Source: Eledone cirrhosa
Lineage: Eukaryota
Length of the DNA: 64,000 nucleotides
Direction: 5' to 3'
Assembly: GCA_964016885.1 (NCBI GenBank)
Contig: OZ024743.1
Coordinates: forward strand, 126,232,001 to 126,296,000
Part shown: piece after piece, positions 55,373-64,000 of the stretch
Layout of the letters: each line of letters starts with the position of its first letter
Numbering within the stretch: the stretch's first letter is position 1
Notes under the pieces: model-generated
Database searches by the model: none
What the model was told of the DNA's origin: nothing
The model's input: only the letters and a program-made list of their open reading frames with translations
Translations under genes and position numbers: made by a program

Positions 55373-56340
55373 ATAGAATTACAATTTAGCTTCAGGCATA
55401 GTTGTATACAGATATGTATTGGAATTTCATATTTCAGAAGAAATACGGTATGTTTAAAATAAACATTTAGAGAGCTGTAGCTATGCTAAAACACCAGTGA
55501 CTAACGCCATCTAGCGGTGTCCAGCAGAAGCAAGGGGGACAATTGTGGATGCACATTTCGAACTGAACAAGTTCTCATCAACATGATCCCTCCCATTCTT
55601 GCAACTGCTGGACTTTGAAAACAGGCGAGAATATATAGTTTTCTTGTCAGTGTAAATGAGGGCTTCAATCTCATTAGCATATGAAGCTGTATAAGTTGGC
55701 TCAACTTATAATTGTTTCTACTTTTGGCACAAGGCCTGCAATTTACCAGTGGATTACTGGTACTTTATTTTATCGATCCTGTAAGGATGAAAGGCAAAGT
55801 TAACCTCGGCGGGATTTGAACTCAGATCATAAAGGGCCGCAACTCTATGCTGCAAAGCATGGCGTGCGACCCTCTACTGATACTGCCAATCCACCGCCAA
55901 TTGAGAATAGAATTACAATTTAGCTTCAGGCATAGTTGTATACAGATATGTATTGGAATTTCGTATTTCAAAAGAAATACAGTATGTTTAAAATAAACAT
56001 TTAGAGAGCTGTAGCTATGCCAAAACACCAGCGACTAACGCCATCTGGCAATGTCCAGCAGAAGCAAGGAGGACAATCATGGATGTGGGAAGGATTGTGC
56101 TGAACCAGTTCAGTTCGAAATGCACATCCACGATTGTCCCCTTGCTTCAGCTGGACAACGCCAGACGGTATTAGTCGCTGGTGTTTTGGCATAGCTACAT
56201 CTCTCTAAATGTTTATTTTAAACGTACTGTATTTCTTTTGAAATACGAAATTCTAATACATATCTGTATACAACTATGCTTGAAGCTAAATTGTAATTCT
56301 ATTCTATTATAAGTTGAGCCAACATATACAGCTTCAAATA
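55373..56340. mobile_element. Tandem plus inverted Penelope/retrozyme-like element with degenerate hammerheads, interrupted by a SINE
   Basis: 55373-55551 is repeated at 55907-56085 and inverted at ~56124-56302. Motif consensus attgtg-CTGATGA-gaac..gttc-GAAAT-gyrc-ATC-cacrat, built from 55542-55582(-) and 56093-56134(+). Confidence 0.7.
55712..55899 (-). mobile_element. Nin-domain SINE inserted in the foldback arm
   Basis: Full SINE that splits the sequence seen intact in reverse at 56296-56338. Confidence 0.88.
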
Positions 56341-56342
56341 TA

Positions 56343-56436
56343 TACCCAGTAAAAAAGTGAATACACACTTTAATTACCTGTACAGGCAATATTTATTAGA
56401 ATCCACTGCCTTTGTTTATACATTTTTTTGGACTCC

Positions 56437-56439
<3 letters not shown>
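56343..56439. mobile_element. ~95-bp Tc1/mariner-like MITE; partial inverted copy at 54563-54640
   Basis: Ends ..catttttttggactccctg|ta; internal sequence is the reverse complement of 54563-54640. Confidence 0.55.
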
Positions 56440-56482
<43 letters not shown>

Positions 56483-56488
56483 GTGTGT

Positions 56489-56535
<47 letters not shown>

Positions 56536-56539
56536 ATTA

Positions 56540-56840
56540 TCATCATCATCATTTTACGTCCGCTTTTCCCTGCTTGTAAGGGTGGGACGGGAACTGATTC
56601 TGGCTTGATTTCTACAGCTGGATGCCCTTCCTAACATCAACCTCATTTACAGTGAGTGCTGGGTGCTTTTTTGCCATGGCACCTCCACGACCACTTTGCA
56701 GTGGAATGATAGGGACCTCAGTCCCTATCATCTTATTTCTACAACTGAGTAAACTGGAGCAATGTGAAATAAAGTGTCTTGCTCAAGGAAACAACACATC
56801 ATCCGGTCTGAGAATTGAACTCACAACCTTTCGATTGCAA
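56540..56840 (-). mobile_element. Meta-domain SINE with RTE tail, 5'-truncated
   Basis: Near-identical to 2193-2485. Confidence 0.85.
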
Positions 56841-57291
56841 TATATATATATATAGTATATAAACATATAGTATATGATTTTATATACACCCCTGTTATGC
56901 TTAATGTCATCTTAGTGCTACTACCAATAATTATAACCAGCTGAGTATTCACAATATGCAAATGAGCATCATCAGCAAATATTCATTATGCAAAATCTAT
57001 ATAGACTCTAGTCTATTTCCATGTCAGTATAAGTTGAGTGAATGTTACTGATGAGAGATTAAAGAATCTTAAAATAGTGTTGTCTGGCATTCTCGACTGT
57101 TACTGACATTGTGTGACATGTACAAAGAAGAAAAGAGGGAAAAATGATTTTTGCATAAGTAAAAATATTTTTCTGTGATAGTGAGACTCCTATATGTTTA
57201 TTGTATATAAACATATAGTATATGATTACAGATGGACCCCTTGTATGCTTAACACTATCTTAGTGCGACAGACTCAGATACACACATACAA

Positions 57292-57322
<31 letters not shown>

Positions 57323-57414
57323 ACATATATATATATATAAGAAAATGAGTATTTTTTATTTAAAAAAAAACAAAAGAAAAGAGAAAAATGAGATGTCCTA
57401 CACGGGTGAAAGTA

Positions 57415-57538
57415 TAAGGAAAAGAAATCAAAAATGCAACTGGAGTCTTTTTGAGAATATTTATTTATTTTTAAGAATATTTATGAAAAAATAATCTTAA
57501 AAAGACTCCAGTTGCATTTTCGATTTCTTTTCTTTATA
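57415..57538. repeat. Inverted repeat in (TA)n
   Basis: aaaagaaatcaaaaatgcaactggagtcttttt / aaaaagactccagttgcattttcgatttctttt. Confidence 0.85.
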
Positions 57539-57591
57539 TATATATATATATATATGCGCGAGTTTGAAATTAGAAATTAGAAATTATAAGC

Positions 57592-57770
57592 TTTCACCGT
57601 ATTTTAGACTAAAGAAATTTCTAGCCTGATAGTGGGGTTTATAACCCTCGGAGAAATGGAAAAAGATGAGTGTTGCTGTACATGTACGGCAACACTCATC
57701 TTTTTCCATTTCTCCGAGGGTTATAAACCCCACTATCAGGCTAGAAATTTCTTTAGTCTAAAATACGGTG

Positions 57771-57773
<3 letters not shown>
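57592..57773. repeat. 182-bp spacerless palindrome
   Basis: Centre gtacatgtac at 57678-57687; one mismatch seen. Confidence 0.92.
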
Positions 57774-57814
<41 letters not shown>

Positions 57815-57820
<6 letters not shown>

Positions 57821-58240
57821 AGATTTGAATGGATACAGTTTAGTTGAAAGGAATTTATTGACACGTGTTTCTATAACAGTTACATAACCTAAAACAGCTG
57901 CTATCTACAAACTTTTAGTTATGCAGACATTCAATATTTCAATGTTATTATTTACTGTCATTTCATCAGAATCATGATGAAATGACAGTAAATAATAACA
58001 TTGAAATATTGAATGTCTGCATAACTAAAAGTTTGTAGATAGCAGCTGTTTTAGGTTATGTAACTGTTATAGAAACACGTGTCAATAAATTCCTTTCAAC
58101 TAAACTGTATCCATTCAAATCTTTCTATTTTTCTCCGGATTACTTTTGGAACTACAACTGGAACCGTCGAGCAAACTCTACGTGAGCTGATAATCTACTG
58201 TGTGTAATATTTATATTACAACACAACGGAAAATAGTGTA
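57815..58240. mobile_element. Foldback Penelope-like element, 154-bp arms with 6-nt loop plus unique extension
   Basis: Arms 57815-57968/57975-58128 with no indels; (TA)n flanks. Confidence 0.85.
57857..57972 (-). ncRNA. Type I hammerhead motif with long stem II
   Basis: Minus strand: att-CUGAUGA-aaugacagu...acuguuaua-GAAAC-acgu-GUC-aau. Stem I is cut to 3 bp by the inversion. Confidence 0.72.
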
Positions 58241-58324
58241 TATATATATATATATATATAATCGGCTTCCTTACAGTTTCCATATACCAGATTCACTTAG
58301 TTGACCTGGGGATATAGTAGATAT

Positions 58325-58880
58325 GTGTACTCAAGATTTACTTTGTGTACACTATATGCAGTTTATGTCTACTGCTTTTCTACATATGGAGCAGGGCCAC
58401 TTCCCTGAAGGAATCAGGGTCCTATCTTCTTTCCTACTCACTAAGAATTTAGTTTTGGCTAAATACACTCTCAGGCATTTTGATTCCAAATTCCATTTCC
58501 CTAGTCAGAACTTATTTTCTAGTTCTTTTATGGATTTGGCTATACGGACCAAATCATCTGCATAGAGAAATTCTCATGGACAGCCAGTTTTAAACTCTTC
58601 TGTTGTGACCTGGAGAACTATGGTGAACAGCAGTGGGCTAAGAACTGAACCTTGATGAACTTCTACCTGTAGCACAAATTCCATACTAAACTCACTTTCT
58701 TTACTCACTTTACTGACAGCTCCTCTATACATGGCTTGTACTGCTTCACAAGCCATTCTTCTACACCTAATTTCCTTAAGGACCACCAAATAATGGATCG
58801 AGGTACTCTGTCAAAGGCCTTTTCTAGATCAACAAAAGCTAAATATAGTGGATTATTCTTGCCTTGTAGTTGCCTATAAG
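58325..58880 (-). mobile_element. Degraded RTE RT/PHD fragment
   Basis: VHQGSVLSPLLF, EEFKTGCP and YADD homology to the 40981 ORF. Confidence 0.8.
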
Positions 58881-58946
58881 AAGAGGGGGATGTGTGTGTA
58901 TATATATTTCATCATTATCATCATCGTTTTTACGTTCGCTTTTCCA

Positions 58947-59162
58947 GGTGTATGTAGATCCCAATTGAAATTAGAAACGTGCTCAATACATTAGTAGAGT
59001 GTAAACATTATTTAATATAGGAATGGCTTTTACAGGAATAGAACTGTTTTATTTATATGAAATCATCAGGAATGCCCTGATGATTGAAATCAGGAATTCC
59101 TGATAATTTCATACAAATGAAACAGTTCTATTCCTGTAGAAGCCATTTCCATATTAAATAAT
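58947..59162. mobile_element. Foldback element with hammerhead motifs on both arms
   Basis: Arms 59007-59073/59096-59162. Plus: ttc-CTGATAA-tttcatacaaat-GAAACAG..CTGTA-gaa. Minus: CTGATGA..AAAACAG. Confidence 0.65.
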
Positions 59163-59338
59163 TGTTTCTACTTTTGGCACAAGGCCAGTAAATTACCCAG
59201 TACATTACTGGTACTTTATTTTATCGACCCCGTAAGGATGAAAGGCAAAGTGAACCACGGCGGGATTTGAACTCAGACCGTAAAGGGACGTAACTATGAT
59301 GGAAAGTATGGCGTCTGACTCTCTACCGATACTGCTAA
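59163..59338 (-). mobile_element. Nin-domain SINE
   Basis: Same motifs as the other copies. Confidence 0.85.
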
Positions 59339-59374
59339 TACAAATGATATATATATATATATACATATATATAG

Positions 59375-60449
59375 CAAGGAATTTAGGATACAGGTCGGTA
59401 TCCACCAGGGCTCTGTTCTTAGCCCTCTCCTGTGTATTGCAGGCTATAACAGAGTAGTTTAAGTGAGGATGTCCATGGGAATTTCTGTATGCGGATGATG
59501 TTACACTTATAGCTGAATTTATGGTGGAACTAGAGAAGAAATTCCAAACATGGAAGCAGGGACTAGGAAGACGGGGCCACAAAGTCAACCTGACAATGAC
59601 TAAGATCCTCGTAAGTAGACAAGAAAATAGAACCCAGACCCCCTCAAGGAAATGGCCTTGCTCAGTAGATAAGAAAGGTGTAGGTAGGAATTCCATCCTC
59701 TGCCCCAAATGCAAACTATGGGTACACAAGAGATGTAGTGGAATCTCAGGAAGCTTAGTTAAGAATGTAGGCTTTACATGTAGCAGCTGCACCAGGATAG
59801 TAAGCAGCAAACGTCCACAGGAAACAAGCACCACCAAACTCTGGGAGGGCCCTTGTAGAAACAGTAGACAGCTTTGCTACTTTTTCATACAGCTGTTGTC
59901 CTTTATACGCATCACATGACCATACCAACACAATCTCCTCTCGAGTAAACAGCATCTGATCCCTCTTATGCCTCATTTCTCACTTAGTTCATTTACGCTT
60001 TGACGTTCATGTATATTACTATTACATATCCATCAGAGCATACATGCTTCGTTCCTTTCCAATATGCACAGATCTTCTGCACACGATGCCCAGGTCCCAC
60101 TGCCATGTAACATTGCTGTTTGTATACAAGCATCATACAATCTGCCTTTCATTTTTAGAGAGAAACATTTTGTGGCCAACAACAATATTAGCTCTCTGAA
60201 CTTTATCCATCCATTCTTACTCTGGCTACTGTACTTTCAGAACACCCTCCTCCACTGTTGATTTTGTCACCCAGGTAATGGAAAGTGTCTACTATTTCTA
60301 TAGAACTATCCGGGCAGTTGAAGGAGCTAGTATCCAGTGGACACTTGCTACTTTCTGCACCTGAACATCAGTCACATATAAAATCTATATTCTTTGATAG
60401 ACTGCCTGTTATCCCACTACATCATTTATGTATTCATAGCTTGCATTTG

Positions 60450-60453
<4 letters not shown>
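59375..60453. mobile_element. Two RTE fragments in opposite orientation (59375-59880 +, 59881-60453 -)
   Basis: Plus: YADD..GVGRNSILCPKCKLWVHKRCSG. Minus: CPKCKL..LHGSGTW..WYGHVMR. Confidence 0.82.
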
Positions 60454-60505
<52 letters not shown>

Positions 60506-61339
60506 ATAGATATATATGTGTGTGAATATATATGTATATGTGTATGTATATATCATCATCATTTTCCACTTTTCCTACTAGCAAGGGTTGGATGGGTCTT
60601 CACAGTTTAAGTATCAGGGCCACTGTCCTTCCAGACAGGCTGGTGGGTTCAGATCTCACTTAAATACAGTTCCACATTCTACCAAGTGCATTTTATCATG
60701 GCACCAGCACTAGAGGGATTGTAATGTCCTTAACACAACTGGAGTGTCCTCCTAGCCCTTTGTTTGGCAAGTTTTCTATGGTTGGATGCCCCTCCTATCA
60801 CCAACCACTTTACAGCATGTACTATGTTTTATCATGTAGATCACCAACACTATGGAGGTTTTCATGTCCTTGACATAACCAGAAGGTTCCTCCAACCCTT
60901 TTGTTGTCAGCAGAAGTACTAACTCTCTAAATTTATTCCAGACTGTACTGATCCTGGCTATCTTTCAGTACATTATCCTTTACCTAGAAATTGATTTGCT
61001 CCCTGGAAATTTGATTGCCTCCCTGGAAACTGAAGCAATTTACTTCATGTGTGCTTACTTCACCATCTTGGTCAAGGACAGAACAAAGAAGGGACATAAA
61101 ATAACAAATTAGTCACTGAGGAAGTCGCAGAATGTGGGACAAAAGAACTTTGACAATAAACAAATAAACAATCATCTCGTTATTAAACTAACCAACTAGA
61201 AATTTATAATAAATTGAAGTGAAAACCAACAGGTGCATGTGTTTTTATTGGCAACAAGACCCTCCCAAAGTATAACAATGTCTGTTTCAACCCACGTTTT
61301 CAGATGAGAAATCTTGCAAAAGAAATACAAAAAGGAAGT

Positions 61340-61375
<36 letters not shown>

Positions 61376-61389
61376 GTACTTCCTTTTTG

Positions 61390-61440
<51 letters not shown>

Positions 61441-61555
61441 ATATATATATATATATGTATGTGTGTATATATATATATAGATATATGTATGTGTGTATAT
61501 ATATATGTATGTGTGTATATATATATGTATGTGTGTGTATATATATATGTATGTA

Positions 61556-61668
<113 letters not shown>

Positions 61669-61698
61669 AGATCAAAAGATGGTTAAAAGAGTTCCATG

Positions 61699-61769
61699 TA
61701 TTTTATTATGCGCATTTCAAAAACAAATATCATCATGCAATAACATTTGTGTTTTCATCAGATAAAATA
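61699..61769 (-). ncRNA. Type I hammerhead motif (mirror copy)
   Basis: Reverse complement of 61881-61951, core intact. Confidence 0.82.
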
Positions 61770-61880
61770 GGAAGACATGATATGAAGGTTAAAAAACACT
61801 TGTGGATAGTGCAGTTTTAAATCAACATATCAAAACTGCACTATTCACAAGTGTTTTTTAACCTTCATATCATGTCTTCC

Positions 61881-61951
61881 TATTTTATCTGATGAAAACA
61901 CAAATATTATTGCATGATGATATTTGTTTTTGAAATGCGCATAATAAAATA
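61881..61951 (+). ncRNA. Type I hammerhead ribozyme motif, intact
   Basis: tattttat-CTGATGA-aaacacaaatatt[attgcatgat]gatatttgttttt-GAAAT-gcgc-ATA-ataaaata. 8-bp stem I, ~13-bp stem II, palindromic stem III. Confidence 0.85.
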
Positions 61952-62077
61952 CATGGAACTCTTTTAACTATCTTTTGATCTTATATATTATGTATACTCC
62001 AGTCCTACAAACTGTAGAGTGCTTCTTGTCTGATATCTGCATTGCTTTATTGTACTACAATAAAACTCACCTCCTAC

Positions 62078-62112
<35 letters not shown>

Positions 62113-62524
62113 TATACATATATATATACATATACACACATATATATATAACGTGTGTGTATGTGTGTGTGTGCAATGTATATTAGCAATCAATGTACTC
62201 ATCAACGAGAAAACCAATAAATGAACGAACTTGATAAACCTACTTTGAGATATTTATTCCACTCTAGCTGACATTGGGAATGTAACAAACCAAAGATTGT
62301 TCTGCTGTAAACACGTAACCACTAACAGTGTTGGTGTTGTTGTTGGACCTCCATTGGTTCTGATGCTGTGTGTTCCAGTTGTTTCAATAGTGGAATAGCA
62401 TGCTTGCAAAATTAACATGCAGGCAGTGGAGCATTCCTCAGCCATGAGTACACATAACAGTTATCAGGGAAGTTCAGCATGACACAGTGTGTAGTGGGGT
62501 TGTCTGTTTGAATTAGAGATATAT

Positions 62525-62664
62525 CTTCAGCTTTTCCAGTTGAATGAACTGGTGCAATGTGAAATAATGTGTCTTGCTCAATGATACAATGTGCTGTCAG
62601 GAATGAACTCAGGATCTTATGACTGTGAGCCAAACACCCTTAACCACTAAGCCATACACCTCCA
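62525..62664 (-). mobile_element. Older Meta-domain SINE head
   Basis: gcaatgtgaaataatgtgtcttgctca..aaccactaagccatacacctcca. Confidence 0.7.
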
Positions 62665-63500
62665 CAACTACTGTCACTATTGTTCACAAAATGCACAACA
62701 AAATAGAAAATGAGTAAAATAAGTGCCACCTATCCTCCTTAACATCATCATTCTCTGTAGCTGGTTTAGATTCAGTTTTCCAAGTTGACATGTGTTAGAT
62801 GAAGACCAGAGCTTATCTCTGTTTTATGTGGTGTTAAATGGGAAAGGGTACAAGACTACTTTCCTGGACTAAGCACCAGTTTTCCACTTATTTAACCACC
62901 CCAGCTGCTGGCGATATTACTTTTTCACTTGAATGGACTAGAGCACCATGAAATGGTGTTTTGCTCGTAGGACACAACATGCCAGGGTTGGAGCTCGAAC
63001 CTAGGACCTTATGATCAAAAGTATGTATGTATGGACCCATAACACCAAGTGGAGTTGTAGGGGTGCCATATAATATACAGCTTGTTTTGGGCATTTAAAC
63101 CTAGTAGAGGTCACCCCTCTATAAGTCTGAACACACACAGCTAATTTCTTCCAGAGGAGAGATAGAAAGAGTGATAGAGAGGAAATGAGAAAGAGATACA
63201 GATGAAGAATCTACCTTCATACTGGAGAGTTAAAAGTTAAAGTCTATCCCAAAACCCAAAGGCTCATCAAGGTGGTGCTTATCCTTGTTTCATTAGCATT
63301 AGATCCACTCTAACTGCTGCTTATACTCATTTACAGCTGAATGAACTGGAACAACAGGATGCATCTTGCTCAAGGCCTCACTATGCTACTGGGAGCAGTG
63401 ATTAAATTCATAACTTTATGATTGTAAAACAAACCACCCATTCGCTCATCCTCAACATTAGAAAATACATTAAATGGGAGAATGAGTGACAGGGAGGGAG

Positions 63501-63539
<39 letters not shown>

Positions 63540-63775
63540 GAGTGGGTGTAAGAGATGGGGAGAAAGGTAGATAGTGATAAATAGCTAGGCAGTCAGACAG
63601 ATATATATATAGAGATAGAGAGAGAAAGAAATATATTATCATGAAATAATAATTTATCAAGGAAGTATATTTTATCCTCATTCTCTTATTTTTGTCTTAT
63701 TAAGTGTTCACATTCCACACTTCTCATAACCAAGCAGATATTATGATATTGAACAGAAAGGTTGGGAAGACTTAC

Positions 63776-63868
63776 CAGGGTAATCTTCAGAAACATTAAA
63801 AATGAAGCTTTTCTCTTCATTATTTTCGATCAACTTAAAGCTGAGGGAATTTCCATCAACTTGAAAGT
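63776..63868 (-). CDS. PARP8: PARP6/PARP8-like exon 1 in window: (D)FQVDGNSLSFKLIENNEEKSFIFNVSEDYP
   Basis: tttcttgcag acceptor, gtaagt donor, 93 nt, phase 1 to 1. Resembles recalled PARP8 DFRYSDSTFTF..VHVSEDYP. The start exon lies beyond the window. Confidence 0.88.
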
Positions 63869-64000
63869 CTGCAAGAAACAAGATAAATACTCCAATCATC
63901 ATCATCATCATCATCATAATATATATATATATACATACAGGTATTCAGTTGTGGGTATGTGGGAACAAACGATAAAATATAAAAGCAGTGGACACAATGT

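Overview
AT-rich, microsatellite-dense animal DNA. The repeat families look cephalopod (octopus-like), but that is inference. The only host gene I can support is a minus-strand PARP6/PARP8-family gene, seen as four phase-compatible GT-AG exons (63776-63868, 39132-39313, 19105-19202, 15757-15817) that match the PARP8-type N-terminus. Everything else appears intronic. The introns hold two DD37D (maT) Tc1/mariner copies, a near-complete L1/Tx1 ORF2, R4-clade and RTE fragments, and one RTE LINE with an uninterrupted APE-RT-PHD ORF (40981-44094). They also hold Nin- and Meta-domain tRNA SINEs, hAT, piggyBac and Helitron non-autonomous elements, and a 13.5-kb CCA-derived satellite with 3.5-3.9 kb higher-order repeats. 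That satellite explains the three 4500-aa 'ORFs', which I reject as genes. The most unusual signal is non-coding. About ten short elements from several unrelated families sit in (TA)n tracts, most as foldback palindromes with 60-240 bp arms, and carry type I hammerhead ribozyme motifs. Most motifs have a palindromic minimal stem III and several have enlarged stem II inserts. They resemble Penelope pseudo-LTR or retrozyme remnants, and several lie sense in the PARP pre-mRNA. All structures and homologies were judged by eye; no searches or folding programs were run.
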